64,000 nucleotides of DNA from Candidatus Latescibacterota bacterium (GCA_965248755.1 OZ252149.1:960001-1024000); one strand, 5' to 3'. Counted from the stretch's first letter, positions 1 to 10,563 are shown. Numbers and translations are program-made. The notes: generated from the sequence alone by a model not told the origin.

Positions 1-1055
1 TGTGCTTGCAATTTTTTCGCGCTTGTCAGCAGGTACTCGCCCTGCTGCGCAGCCTGCTCAAGAATCTCCTCCTCCTCTATGATGTCCAAGACCTCCAGTC
101 CGGCTCTCGTAGCTACGGGGTTATTAACATAGGTGAAAACGTGGGCGAAGGGTTCGCCGCTCTCGGCAAAGCTGTCGCGAATTTCTTCCTGAAGGATCAC
201 GCCGCCCAGAGGACAATAGCCGCCGCTGACCCCCTTGCCAAAGACAATCATATCCGGCACAATACCCCAGTGCTCGATGGCAAAATACCTGCCTGTTCGG
301 CCAAAGCCGGTGACTATTTCATCCGCAATAAAGAGTATTTCGTATTTGTCGCATATTTCGCGGATCAGTGGATAGTAATCAGGCGGCGGGACGCCAATGG
401 CGATCCCCGCATTCACCACCGGTTCAGCGATGAAGGCAGCGACATTTTCCGGTCCAGCCTGCAAGATTGCCTCTTCCAGTTGGTGGGCACAGGTCAGGTT
501 ACATTTCCCCATGCAGCCTGCAAAGGTGCAGCGGTAGGGATAGCAGGGCGCTATATGCGGAAAATCGCACAGCAATGGGGCAAAGGGGGAGCGCAATGAC
601 GGCAGGCCCGTGGCCCCCAGCGCACCCAGCGTAGCACCGTGGTAGCCACGCCAGCGAGCAATGATTTGGTACTTCTGCTTATTGCCGCGCTGTACGTGGT
701 ATTGGCGGGCTATCTTGATCGCTGTTTCGACGCCTTCCGAGCCGCCGGAGACGAAGTATACGTAATTGAGGTCGCCAGGGGCCAGTGCCGTAATGCGCTC
801 AGCTAAGTCCAATGCTGGCTGGTTGGTAAAATTGCCGGAGAAGCAGTAAGCCAGAGTCTTTCCCTGCTCGGCCATCGCCTCTACGATACGTTGGCGGCCG
901 TGTCCCAGGATGACGTTGCTCACACCGGATATACCGTCCAGGTAGCGTTTTCCGGTATTGTCGTAGAGGTAAATCCCCTCCCCACGCACTATAATGGGAT
1001 AGTTGTAAGTCAAATCGCGATGGAACAGAGAATCGGTCTGCTCTGTAGCGGACAT
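1..1055 (-). CDS. Class III PLP-dependent aminotransferase (3' end runs off the window)
   Basis: Manual translation from ATG at 1055 (SD AAGGGAGG): MSATEQTDSLFHRD...RGEGIYLYD...YLDG...SGGSEGVETAIK...YHG...FIADEIVTGFGRTG...DMIVFGKGVSGGY, the class III aminotransferase signature. Absent from the ORF track because there is no stop in the window. Confidence 0.92.
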   Translation of the reverse strand, partial: MSATEQTDSLFHRDLTYNYPIIVRGEGIYLYDNTGKRYLDGISGVSNVILGHGRQRIVEAMAEQGKTLAYCFSGNFTNQPALDLAERITALAPGDLNYVYFVSGGSEGVETAIKIARQYHVQRGNKQKYQIIARWRGYHGATLGALGATGLPSLRSPFAPLLCDFPHIAPCYPYRCTFAGCMGKCNLTCAHQLEEAILQAGPENVAAFIAEPVVNAGIAIGVPPPDYYPLIREICDKYEILFIADEIVTGFGRTGRYFAIEHWGIVPDMIVFGKGVSGGYCPLGGVILQEEIRDSFAESGEPFAHVFTYVNNPVATRAGLEVLDIIEEEEILEQAAQQGEYLLTSAKKLQA

Positions 1056-1185
1056 TTGGCTGCCTCCCTTTCCGTTGTAGATAGGCCCATCTGCCTCATC
1101 GGCAGACAGTTGATTCACAAGCTCTCTATGCAGGCAAGTCGTGCACTCTCCCACCTGCGCTTCCTCAAGACTGTGAAGAATCAAT

Positions 1186-1206
1186 CCCCGATTGAGTCTA
1201 TCGGGG
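1186..1206. repeat. 21-bp palindromic dispersed element CCCCGATTGAGTCTATCGGGG (family member)
   Basis: Related copies at 13444, 24936, 25854, 40256, 48639 and 59747; shorter variant at 55595 and 61774. Confidence 0.85.
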
Positions 1207-1542
1207 ATCCATCAAATCCTATGGCGTGAAGAAACGATGCGAACTGATCCAATCCTCACGCAATATCCCGAAATAAGCCATACTTTATTTGGGTTCATGG
1301 TTATGCCACAAACATGACCTTGAAATCCCTTCCTTTTGCATATGGGAAAAAGGCTACTCCATCAGTATCAGAAAGTGTAATCCGTCTGTGTATCCCGCAA
1401 AATATTACCCGAGCGTCCAGAAGTCAACCCAAAACTGCATAGTACTACTTTAAGAATCATCCATCTCTATAGATAGTAGATGACGTTTCTGGCTTCAAAA
1501 CTGTCTTACAGTAGAGAAAATATAACAGACTTAACCTAAATC

Positions 1543-3885
1543 TCAGAGTCTATCCACAACAAACAGGATATCAAAAAGATTAATTACGCCATCAGCTCCA
1601 TCTCCTCTTCCGTCCACGGCATCCATAAGGAATCTCGTAACTCTATCCGCTCCTGATATCACGTCCGATACACCAGACTCAGAAATCCTGCTAAGAACTA
1701 CATCCACCAGAAAGTCCAAATCCTCCGTGCCAATCTCACCGTCCGATACTCCTCTCTCAAAAGGTGAGAACCTCGACACATCCCCCATAATCCCCGTCAC
1801 AGTCCGTATCATAAATCCTCCATCACCTGTTATTCCCACAAAATCAGAGCCCCGTCTCCAGCGTGTCACTCCTCCGATTTCATCAAACGTCCAGCTCTTG
1901 CTTGGCTCAAGACCGATATTTACTCCTATTGAAGGACCACCAGCGGAAGATAACTCCATAGCTATGAACAGAGTTTGTCCCTGAGTGATTCCTACACTGA
2001 CTCTGCCATCCTCAAACCTCGTGAATCCTTCTGATGCAAGCTGACTGAGACCTCCAGCAGGATCTATCACCTTACTTGTCAACGACACTCCCGGCTCACT
2101 GCCGCTGGCGTCAAAGACCTTCGCGACAAAGGGATTAAGTGCTACAGTGACATTATAACTCACAGCCAAAAGACTATCCCTCAATGTCCCGGCAGTGTTG
2201 ACCTTAACCGTATCTATCACGGTCTCAATAGCCGCCCTGTCCCCCACAGCATCAAAGGAGACAGTATCGGTTATCGCATCAATAGAAACAATAGTAAATC
2301 CGTTAGAGAGCGTGTCTGCCTGACCATCTGGATTTGTGACTATGACATCTACAGTACCGGCAGGATGAAGGGGAATCACAGCGGTAATGATACTATTTGA
2401 CACTACGACTACACTATCGGCTGCACTACCATCGAAAGTTACGGTCGCTCCGCTTTGGAAATTTCTCCCTGTTATCGTCACAGGCGTACTGCCCAATTCC
2501 GTGCCGGAAAGAGGATCAATAGATATCACAACAGGTACCTCCAGGACAATGAAGAGAATTTGACCGATCTCGATGTTGTCGACGAATTCGCCGCGTACGG
2601 GGTCGAATTGGTCAGCGTAACCAGCGAACAATTCGCTGCCAACTCCCCGGGCAAATATTGGTATCAGGGCATTAGTATGACCTATGCTATGCCATTCCAT
2701 GCCGGGCAAGTTGCCTTGACCGTTGTTGACCAGAGTATTCCAGACGGGTCCTGCTTCACTCTGTCCCGAACCAGGTCCGGTGAGATAACCGGTCTCGTGA
2801 TCTCCAGTCACAATTACCAACGTCTCGTCCCAACTGCTATTATCTTCTACCCAGGATACCACCACTTCCACGGCATTGTCAAAATCAATCTGCTCTTCGA
2901 TCATGCGCCCCGATAGGTTTTCATGGCTGGCCCAATCAACGGCGCCACCTTCCACCATCAGGAAGAATCCGTCCGGATCGTTGTCGAGCACATTCAGCGC
3001 CGCCCGGGTCATCTCCTCCAACGTAGGCACTGTCTCCATCAGTGGAACGACGTACGGATCAGCACTGGGGTCTCCTTCGCGCATCTCCTGCAGAGTCGAG
3101 CGCACCTTCGGCACGCCGATAACTCGCTTGGGCGTTGCCCCCGACATCAGAGACTGAAATTCAGATCGGTCCTGAATCAAGGTCCATGCATCTGCTACCC
3201 CATCACCGTCCGCATCGTTCCCAGCTGTGCCCACAATTAGAGCCTGCCAGGTAGACTCCCCACCTACGTACTTGAAGTTAGGGACACCCACAGCCATCCC
3301 ATTGTCAAAGAAGTAGGGATGGCCAGCGCCCATGATCACGTCTACCTTGCTGTCAAAAATCATTTCCTGGGCAATGTCAACGGAATTATCGCGGCTAACG
3401 TTATGCGCAACGAACCCGGCTGGAGTAGCGTGACTGAGCTGCACACTGGTAATCACCCAGGTGGCTTTACCTAACTCTTCGGATCTTTGGACGATGTTTT
3501 TCAGAGGCACTCCAGTGGCATCTACTCCGATAGCGCCGTTATTTGTCTTGACACCGGTCGCCATGGCGGTAGCCGCAGCCGCCGAATCCGTGAGTTTTTG
3601 CTTTTGATTGTCGAACTGACCCCAGGCTTCTTGAGGGTCATAGCTACCTCCGCTAGCAAAGGTGGACATAGCATATTGTACTGGAAAGCCCGCGTACACC
3701 TGGACGCCTGTCTGACCATGCTGGTATATGCTCGCAGCATCAACGTGATTGTAGCCCCAGCCATCGCAGATCAAAACAATAACGTTTAGGGGAACATTGG
3801 AGGGTGAAGCGAAGGCGTAAGATCCAGTACAAATTGAAGAAGCAAAAAGTATCGTTTTGAATAGGATTTTTGCATAATCTTTCAT
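1543..3885 (-). CDS. Secreted alkaline phosphatase with IPT/TIG domain and C-terminal dockerin-like domain
   Basis: Signal peptide; ICDGWG, TDSAAAATA (phospho-Ser), HATPA, FFLMVEGGAVDWASH and TGDHETG motifs. IPT domain (ISIDP..G...VTITGRNF...TVDVIVTNPDG). Paired GDV..DGEIGTEDL / DGADGVINLFDI loops. Start moved to MKDYAK (SD AGGAG). Confidence 0.88.
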   Translation of the reverse strand: MKDYAKILFKTILFASSICTGSYAFASPSNVPLNVIVLICDGWGYNHVDAASIYQHGQTGVQVYAGFPVQYAMSTFASGGSYDPQEAWGQFDNQKQKLTDSAAAATAMATGVKTNNGAIGVDATGVPLKNIVQRSEELGKATWVITSVQLSHATPAGFVAHNVSRDNSVDIAQEMIFDSKVDVIMGAGHPYFFDNGMAVGVPNFKYVGGESTWQALIVGTAGNDADGDGVADAWTLIQDRSEFQSLMSGATPKRVIGVPKVRSTLQEMREGDPSADPYVVPLMETVPTLEEMTRAALNVLDNDPDGFFLMVEGGAVDWASHENLSGRMIEEQIDFDNAVEVVVSWVEDNSSWDETLVIVTGDHETGYLTGPGSGQSEAGPVWNTLVNNGQGNLPGMEWHSIGHTNALIPIFARGVGSELFAGYADQFDPVRGEFVDNIEIGQILFIVLEVPVVISIDPLSGTELGSTPVTITGRNFQSGATVTFDGSAADSVVVVSNSIITAVIPLHPAGTVDVIVTNPDGQADTLSNGFTIVSIDAITDTVSFDAVGDRAAIETVIDTVKVNTAGTLRDSLLAVSYNVTVALNPFVAKVFDASGSEPGVSLTSKVIDPAGGLSQLASEGFTRFEDGRVSVGITQGQTLFIAMELSSAGGPSIGVNIGLEPSKSWTFDEIGGVTRWRRGSDFVGITGDGGFMIRTVTGIMGDVSRFSPFERGVSDGEIGTEDLDFLVDVVLSRISESGVSDVISGADRVTRFLMDAVDGRGDGADGVINLFDILFVVDRL

Positions 3886-4237
3886 TCTTCTCCTTCTTTT
3901 ATAGCATCCCACACTTGAAACCGAATAATTAGTTCACAAATTCGAGGCGTTTACCATCACAGCGCATGGCACTACAGTTGTGTGTGTCGACACTACAGTA
4001 GAAAGGAACACCAAGACAGAAAAACTTACCAACTTCCCCTTCCATTAGGGAATCATTAGATTCTTTTCTGAAGGGTGGTAATCAGCCTTGTGAGGTCAAA
4101 TTCACTTTTTAAACGAAGTTTATGAATTAATCGGGTTAGAAACTTATTCGGATGACTTCACGTTTATGGGAGTCTACCACGCCGACTTGGAGTTTTCCAC
4201 CACCACCTCACGAACGAATATGGAATGCGTCAAAACT

Positions 4238-5065
4238 CTACGCGTTAGGCGCATGTTGATCCCTGCGAGGTGGAATCTCTGTCCCTCTCAATTCTCTTAT
4301 TAATTCAATGAGTCCCTCAATTGCCGCTTCTAGAAACTTCTTCCCCTTTTCCACAGTCGCCTTGGTAGCATCACCCATCACGCCGCTTGCTGTCTGTGAA
4401 CTCCAGTAGGGTATCAAACGTGCAGCCGAACCTTCAGGATGAGCGCCACCGGCCAGGATGTCGATCTTGAAGCTGGGCGGAAGAGGCGATCTCTCATCAA
4501 CAGCCTTGCTCATATCTACAAGCTCGGGTTGTAATGCAAGATAGAGGGATGTTTCAAATTCCCCTGCATGTCCCGTCCCTCCATAGTCCGATTCTCTTAT
4601 AGCATTACCAACTTCTTTGACTCTCCGAAGATCCCAGTGGTTGACCGATGCGCAGAGTATCTTTCCATCGTACTCCATATTGGATAATCGCGCCGAAAGG
4701 TCTAATGGGGAACTATTACTTCCGTGACCGTTGACGACCAGAATTCGCTTGAAACCGTGATGGGCAAGGCTGCAGCAGACATCCTTGACATATTTGATAA
4801 AGGTATCCCAACCGATCGTGATCGTGCCGTGAAAATCCATGTGATGTGGGCTGTAGCCGTGTGTCACAGGGGGTGCTAAGATGGCTTCAGATGGGATGCG
4901 CGCCACCGCGCGTTCTGAGATCTGTGTGCAGAGGAGAACATCAGTATCAATAGGGAGGTGTGGGCCGTGATCCTCGTACGTTGCAACGGGTAGAACTGCC
5001 ACGCGATCCTGTTCCGCTGCCTCTTTGCACTCGTACCAGATCATCTCAGCATAGCGGTATTTCAT
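4238..5065 (-). CDS. Creatininase/creatinine amidohydrolase family protein (paralog 1)
   Basis: EDHGPHLPIDTD, NGHGSN and HAGEFETS motifs; start moved to MKYRYAEM after AAGGAG. Confidence 0.9.
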   Translation of the reverse strand: MKYRYAEMIWYECKEAAEQDRVAVLPVATYEDHGPHLPIDTDVLLCTQISERAVARIPSEAILAPPVTHGYSPHHMDFHGTITIGWDTFIKYVKDVCCSLAHHGFKRILVVNGHGSNSSPLDLSARLSNMEYDGKILCASVNHWDLRRVKEVGNAIRESDYGGTGHAGEFETSLYLALQPELVDMSKAVDERSPLPPSFKIDILAGGAHPEGSAARLIPYWSSQTASGVMGDATKATVEKGKKFLEAAIEGLIELIRELRGTEIPPRRDQHAPNA

Positions 5066-5201
5066 ATCTCTCTCCTTGGTTTCAGGCGGGTTAGTGTTGT
5101 CAAACTGCCCCACACCCGAGAGTCCCGGAAGCGTCTTGCGCCGACGAGGCGTCTTCAATCTGTTCCAGCCGATTCGACCAGCCCATTCAAATAGAGGAGA
5201 G

Positions 5202-6221
5202 TTACGATGCGTCCGGCGATGCTTCCAGCAGGGCGAGGAGATCTTCGGCTTTCTTGCGCTTGGCCGGGTCAGGGTCGCGAGCGACAATCCGCTGAAGCAC
5301 GGAAAAGGCGCGTGGGTCACCGTCCTCGGCCATTTCAAAGGCCAGCCGATCGCGCTTTTCCTGGTAGCTGCTGTCGTACGCCTTGACCTTCAAATCCCAC
5401 TTTTGCCAGTAGTACTTCAACTCGCTGGGCGGCCAACCGGCGTAAATCTCCTCCCAGGTGTTCGGCTGGCTGTGCGGCTCCAGGCTGCCGGGCGAGATGG
5501 GGTCGCTGACTTTCTGGTACCTGCCGTCCACAGACATCCTAAGTCGGTCTGACGTGCAGGGCAGCCCCTTGTGCACGGCCATGCTGTGAAAGATAAGCAC
5601 GTCCGACTTCCTGAACGGATTGCTCACCCAGGTGCCTTCCAGCGGATCGGTAACCTCCGTACCTCCGGCGCCTAAGGACGGGCGAAAATCGTAGATGCCG
5701 TGCCGGTGCGAGCCGGCCGCAATCTGAAGGCCCCCTAATTCGGGCGGCACATCACTCAACGGGATCCATGCGGTGTAGGTATCGGCGGTGCCCTGGATAG
5801 GGATAAAGTCCTGATGCGGCGGCGTGGTAAACGCCTCCCGCTGAGGGAAGATCGTCCTGCCGATGATGCGTGGGTGCGGCATCACCGGCTCGCCCAACAT
5901 CCGCTCAAAGATCGCGATTAGGTTGGGATGATGCTGCAGCGCGTGGAACTCCCGGAGCTTGTACATATGGTAATAGACCTGCATGTACTTCGGCTCAGGC
6001 TCGACACAAAAGCCGTTCAGGTCTGCAATGGCGTCTTCCAGAGATGTATCGGCCTTGACCCAACCCGCCTGACGCGCGATCTCTAGCAACTGCATCCGCA
6101 GGCTCTCCAACATATCGTCGGGCAGCAGGGAGCGGATGAACAGGTACCCGTCTTTCTGCATGCGCTTCTGCAGTTCAGAACCGTTATCTACGATGTCTGT
6201 CGAATCCAGAAAAGGTTGCAT
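5202..6221 (-). CDS. Phytanoyl-CoA dioxygenase (PhyH) family Fe(II)/2-oxoglutarate oxygenase
   Basis: TPPHQD, TAWIPLSD, GGLQIAAGSH, FHSMAVH and RMS motifs. Confidence 0.88.
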   Translation of the reverse strand: MQPFLDSTDIVDNGSELQKRMQKDGYLFIRSLLPDDMLESLRMQLLEIARQAGWVKADTSLEDAIADLNGFCVEPEPKYMQVYYHMYKLREFHALQHHPNLIAIFERMLGEPVMPHPRIIGRTIFPQREAFTTPPHQDFIPIQGTADTYTAWIPLSDVPPELGGLQIAAGSHRHGIYDFRPSLGAGGTEVTDPLEGTWVSNPFRKSDVLIFHSMAVHKGLPCTSDRLRMSVDGRYQKVSDPISPGSLEPHSQPNTWEEIYAGWPPSELKYYWQKWDLKVKAYDSSYQEKRDRLAFEMAEDGDPRAFSVLQRIVARDPDPAKRKKAEDLLALLEASPDAS

Positions 6222-6512
6222 GTGTTGCTCTCCGTATGAGGGTTTCAGGGGATGGACTGTGCTGTTGCAGGATAGACAGGGAATTACTTTCCTACAGGTG
6301 AAGCCCCTGCCGGCTCATCGCCTTTAGCATCCAGAATTTCCACGATTCCGCACCCAGATACTGCGTCGGCGTTGATTAAGCGCTTCTTTCCACTGAGGGG
6401 AATGGATTCGCCTGGTGTTATCGGAAGCAGGCCAGACGATGAATATGCTCCATTAAGTAAGCAATCCAGTTTTCAGAAAAACCACGATCTTGCATCTCTA
6501 TTGCCCTCATAC

Positions 6513-6554
6513 CGTTAAGCCTAATACGTTAAGCCTAATACGTTAAGCCTAATG
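6513..6554. repeat. 14-bp tandem repeat CGTTAAGCCTAATA x3
   Basis: Three consecutive units, the last ending in G; no spacers. Confidence 0.9.
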
Positions 6555-6629
6555 CCATTAAGCCACTTCAGCCGCAGACGAATCGTGCACCGAGTTGGCA
6601 ATCTGCTGCAAGAGACAGTTGGAGATGCA

Positions 6630-7100
6630 CTACGCAAAGTACGTAAGAACCTGCTCGGCGAACTTCTCCCACCCCAAGGCAGTAAGCGCTATCGGACGAA
6701 CTCGGCGTACGGTATTGATCGCCTCGTTAGGAGACAGACCAGAATGCTGCATGAGGAAATAACAGAGAAAAAGCCCCGTTCTATCTTTGCCCGCCGAGCA
6801 GTGAACCAAGACTCCACGATCCTTCTCTATCTGCGCCCTGACGAACTCATAGGCTTTAGGGAGGGCGTCCAGGCAGATTTTGTCGTCACCTGGAAGTGGG
6901 GGCGCGTGGTTGGACAAGGGCACACAGGCGTAGCTAATATCATATACCTCGAAGTCCTCTCGATTGCACAATAGGCCGTCGTTCACAGACAGGACAGCGC
7001 CAATGCCGCCCTCTCGCAAAGATTTCAGGTTCCATGGATACTGATCAGGCCCAGCCCGACCAGCCAATTTTTCAGGTATTATCCAGAACAGTTTGTCCAT
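6630..7100 (-). CDS. Dual-specificity/protein-tyrosine phosphatase
   Basis: VLVHCSAGKDRTG (CX5R) motif and C-terminal AINTVRRVRP. Confidence 0.9.
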   Translation of the reverse strand: MDKLFWIIPEKLAGRAGPDQYPWNLKSLREGGIGAVLSVNDGLLCNREDFEVYDISYACVPLSNHAPPLPGDDKICLDALPKAYEFVRAQIEKDRGVLVHCSAGKDRTGLFLCYFLMQHSGLSPNEAINTVRRVRPIALTALGWEKFAEQVLTYFA

Positions 7101-8101
7101 TTCCCCCCCCCAATTTAGGCAACCGTAAACAAGTAGATAGAGCTACCCCCTGCTCCCTCTATCTGCTAATCTTGCAACTCACCTCGTCATGTGGGGGATG
7201 AAGACAGTAAAAATGGGTCCGAATGCAGTCTTGTAGCAACGGCCATTAGTGAGCTAATCAGACCTTAGCGTTTTCACTCCGATATGGTTCACAAGATAGG
7301 ACAAAACATGATAAATGTCAATGAAAATCATGCAGGCATTGACAGACAGAAAGGTATATATTATCTTGAATTTTATCTACACTTAACTTGGTAGTAGATA
7401 CGCCCCACCTACTGTCCACTGGAAACGTGGATGCACTATGCTGAGGCCTGTTGCTCACAGGAGATTTTCCGGTGGGATATTGAGGGACTATCTGGATCAG
7501 TTGCCGTCAGATCAGAGGTAATCAGGATCCAAAACATTCGTGTGGCGGCTGTTCAACTGGCATTGTTGTCGGGTAAAGGCACATGGTATCCATCCTTGAT
7601 AAAGATAGAGAGAAGAGAGTCAAGAATCAAGACTGGGAAGTTAAAAAGTTGAGGGTCGAGGTTTTCTGTGAGTGTATGTTCGATTGCTATCTGGAGAGGG
7701 GTTTTGGATTCTTTGTAGCTATTATGTCTTTGGGTATTGAACAGCCATTGATAAGTCTGGAGTTTCCGGCAGAGGTTGGCACGGTTGGTAGTCTTGATGG
7801 TGTCGTAGAATTCATATTCGATTAGGCCGTGGGCGCGTTCTACATCGGATTGGTATGTGGTAGCCCCTGGTGGGATGCGTTTATGTTCTATGCCTCTTTG
7901 TTGGATGAGGTCGGTAAAGAGGGTCTTTTTGAGGGCATCCTTATGTATTGACGAATTCGCTGCCGTTGTCGGTTTGGATCTTTCGTGGATAGACCTATTG
8001 GTCTTCCAGGTGTTGGAGTAATGCTTCGGCCAAGATGCAGGAGTTGATCAGGCTCATACTGCTCCCCTTGACAGAGCGACAAATATTTCGCAAATTGGGG
8101 T

Positions 8102-8431
8102 TTGAGAAGGGAGGTCAAATTGTCAAGCCCCGAAGTGAAAGATGGTAAGCGCTGGACGGCGACCCGTAAGGTAGAGGTGGTGTTGGCTGTTTTGAAAGGA
8201 GCGAATGTATCAGAGGTGTGTCGGAAGAATGGAATTAGCCAGTCACAGGCGTATGCTTGGCGTGATAGTTTCTTAGAAGGAGGCCAGGAGAGTCTGAAGT
8301 CTCGGCGTGGTCGCAAGGATCCGAAGGAGCGGGAGGTCAGCCGGTTGGAGCGTAAGTTAGGGCAGTTAACCCTCCAGTTGGAGATACTCGAGGAGGTAGC
8401 CCGTCTAAAAAAAACGAAGCGGTTGCCTTGA
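8102..8431 (+). CDS. IS3-family transposase OrfA (HTH + leucine zipper)
   Basis: KRWTATRK...SEVCRKNGISQSQAYAW; A8 slippery site at 8407-8414. Confidence 0.9.
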   Translation: MRREVKLSSPEVKDGKRWTATRKVEVVLAVLKGANVSEVCRKNGISQSQAYAWRDSFLEGGQESLKSRRGRKDPKEREVSRLERKLGQLTLQLEILEEVARLKKTKRLP

Positions 8432-9291
8432 GTGGGCGGTTTTTGGGTCGAGGCTATTCCCATAAGGTGGTAGCTATGGCTTTGGCTTTGCATCGTTCGA
8501 CTCTGTATAGGCTCAGGGATAGAGGTGTCAGTTCTTCTGTCGAAGAGTCTGTGATAGATGAACAGCTTGCTTTTCGTGTTCGAGGGATACTCGACCAAGA
8601 AGAGGTATTTGGTCACAGGCGGGTTTGGGCGCAACTTCGTTTCAAGGAAGGGGTATGTGTCAACATCAAGAAGGTTCATAGGATAATGAAGCTTAAGGGG
8701 TGGCAGTGTAAGCTGTGGAATCGTCCCGGGAGAAAGGGGCCACAGGTTGCCCAGAAGCGTTCTGTGATGGAGCGTCCTGACAGTCTCTGGTCGGCTGACT
8801 TGACCAAGATCTATTGTGGGGAAGACGGTTGGTGTCCTCTTATTGCGGTGGTGGACAACGGGAGTCGGGAGGTTCCCGGGTATCGTTTTAGTCGAAAAGA
8901 GAGGGCGATGGAGGCCACAGATGCCCTGGATCGGGCCGTGATCTCTCGATACACTTCCAAGGAGGCTGTCCCCCAGGGTCTCACTGTGCGCTCTGACAAT
9001 GGTTCCATCTTTTTGGCTCGGGCCTATTTGGCCAGTACCGAATATTGGGGAATTCGTCAGGAGTACATACCAAGTGGTAAGCCCGATTGGAACGGTGTTG
9101 TAGAGCGTTTTTTCAGGACCCTCAAGCAAGAGTGTGTTTGGATTCACAATTTTGAATCCTTTGAACAGGCTGAGAAGATCATATCTCAGTGGATCGATAA
9201 TTACAACAAGAACAGGCTTCATTCATCCCTGGGATATAAGACCCCAGAAGAGTGGAGAAAACAATTCTATCTACTACCCCAGGTTGCTTAA
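8428..9291 (+). CDS. IS3-family transposase OrfB (DDE), -1 frame relative to OrfA
   Basis: WSADLT, RSDNGS and ERFFRTLKQE motifs; YN..RLHSSLGY. Confidence 0.92.
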   Translation: MSGRFLGRGYSHKVVAMALALHRSTLYRLRDRGVSSSVEESVIDEQLAFRVRGILDQEEVFGHRRVWAQLRFKEGVCVNIKKVHRIMKLKGWQCKLWNRPGRKGPQVAQKRSVMERPDSLWSADLTKIYCGEDGWCPLIAVVDNGSREVPGYRFSRKERAMEATDALDRAVISRYTSKEAVPQGLTVRSDNGSIFLARAYLASTEYWGIRQEYIPSGKPDWNGVVERFFRTLKQECVWIHNFESFEQAEKIISQWIDNYNKNRLHSSLGYKTPEEWRKQFYLLPQVA

Positions 9292-10085
9292 TTTGTGTCG
9301 CTTTCCTAGGGGGGCAGTACAGGCTCTGTTCGTCTGCCAGGCTTACGAAGAGACCTCCTGTCTTGATATCTCTGGCAGTATACTCAAACATAGGGAGTTG
9401 AGCACCTGTTTTGTAGTGTTGTTTCAGGTAGTTGGGGATATCGCACAGATGTTTGACATCGATCTGGATATATTCAAAGGGGCGTAGTTTCTTTTTCCAC
9501 TGGCACACAAGTTTCTTTCTCCTCCATTTTCGCCTGCGTTTCTTTATGAGATTGTGTTTTTTCCAGATAGCATAGGCAGTCGGCTTGGAGGGGATTTGAT
9601 CAGTTGGAACATTTTGTTTTTGCAGAAAGCCCAATAGATAGGGATATCCCAAAGAACGATGGGTCTGTCGGAACTTTACGATGATCTTTCTGATCTCCTC
9701 CGGTAACAAATAGTGAGGGTTTATGGGTGCTTTCGTATGATTTTCTAGACTCTTCAAGGATCGGTCTTCAAGATAACGTTTGAGCCATTTCCTTACGCTT
9801 TTGCGTGTTGTATTAAAAGCCCTTGCAGCATACGAGACACCGTATTGTTGAGCAGTCTGAACCATCTTGATACGAAGATCAACAGGATTACGATTAAGAA
9901 CAAGAACATCACTATAAGTGATAGCATTCTCCATGGTATCTACCCTCCTTTTTTCAGTCCTCACCTAAATATAGGCAAAATTATCCCATAAGGGTGCATA
10001 CCATGTGTCTTTACTCTTCTGTTTTGTGATCTTTCCCTGTTCATTCGAGATCCTCCGCAATTGTTTTGCACCTGACATTTGTTTC

Positions 10086-10114
10086 TTGACAAGACGAGCG
10101 ATATAGATTACAGT
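10086..10114 (+). promoter_or_regulatory. Putative sigma70 promoter of the 10168 ORF
   Basis: TTGACA-17 nt-TACAGT. Confidence 0.4.
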
Positions 10115-10167
10115 ATACTATACTAAGGTACACTATCACACGAGTTATCAAAAAAAGGGGGTTAACG

Positions 10168-10563
10168 ATGTCCAAGTCCGGACCGTATTTAGAGAGGCTG
10201 TTCAGGGAGTTTCATGAGGATATGGAGAGGCTTGATAGGGAAGATCCGCAGGAGTACGAGAGGCTTCAGAACGATCCAGGTGAGCTGGACATACCGGAGG
10301 AGGAAATACAAGCGTTTCTGGAGGAATTTAAGAGGGAAGGTCCAGAGGGATATAAGAAGCTTCAGGAGGAGGTCAGGAAGGAGTGGATGGTCGAGGCTGG
10401 AGAGGCATACGGAGCGTATGTCAAAGGGTGCCAAGAAAGGGGGCTTTTCCGGGAGAACAAAACAAAGTTTGGAAGACGAATGGGAGAAAGATTTGAAAGG
10501 CGCAGGTCACATGGAAAGACGTACTATCTTGGCCTGAGACTTAGGAAAGAGGGGGATATTTAA
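10168..10563 (+). CDS. Small protein whose C-terminus resembles the winged-helix tail of P4/D5-type phage/plasmid primases
   Basis: AYGAYVKGCQERG...KTKFGRRMGERFERRRSHGKTYYLGLRL recognised by pattern; G-rich SD upstream. Confidence 0.55.
   Translation: MSKSGPYLERLFREFHEDMERLDREDPQEYERLQNDPGELDIPEEEIQAFLEEFKREGPEGYKKLQEEVRKEWMVEAGEAYGAYVKGCQERGLFRENKTKFGRRMGERFERRRSHGKTYYLGLRLRKEGDI

Larger units (their letters stand above)
8055..9321 (+). mobile_element. IS3-family insertion sequence, copy 1 (1267 bp), 4-bp TSD GGCT
   Basis: IRL CATACTGCTCCCCTTGACAGAGCGACA; IRR reverse complement TGTACTGCCCCCCTAGGAAAGCGACA. GGCT at 8051-8054 and 9322-9325. Confidence 0.95.
7570..9934 (-). pseudogene. IS481-like DDE transposase pseudogene
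   Basis: HTH N-terminus, IQIDVKHL, YTARDIKTG. After removing the IS3 the frame continues EQSLINSC...QTDNGSEF...QSDVERAHG, with stops at 7995-7997 and 7941-7943 and a frameshift. Confidence 0.82.
7567..10020 (-). mobile_element. Degenerate IS481-like insertion sequence interrupted by an IS3-family element
   Basis: Imperfect terminal IRs: TGTCGGGTAAAGGCACATGGTATCCA (7567-) and the reverse complement of TGCATACCATGTGTCTTTACTCTTCT (-10020), enclosing a DDE transposase pseudogene. Confidence 0.75.

Noticed and set aside
6..1229. Plus-strand ORFs 6..599 and 891..1229
   Set aside because: Shadows of the minus-strand aminotransferase; no recognisable motifs
6513..6554. Possible CRISPR array
   Set aside because: 14-bp units with no spacers; no cas genes in the window
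7888..9222. 444-aa ORF (and 410-aa ORF 18296..19528) antisense to the IS3 transposase
   Set aside because: Antisense shadows whose C-termini run into unrelated flanks; similarity between them simply follows IS identity
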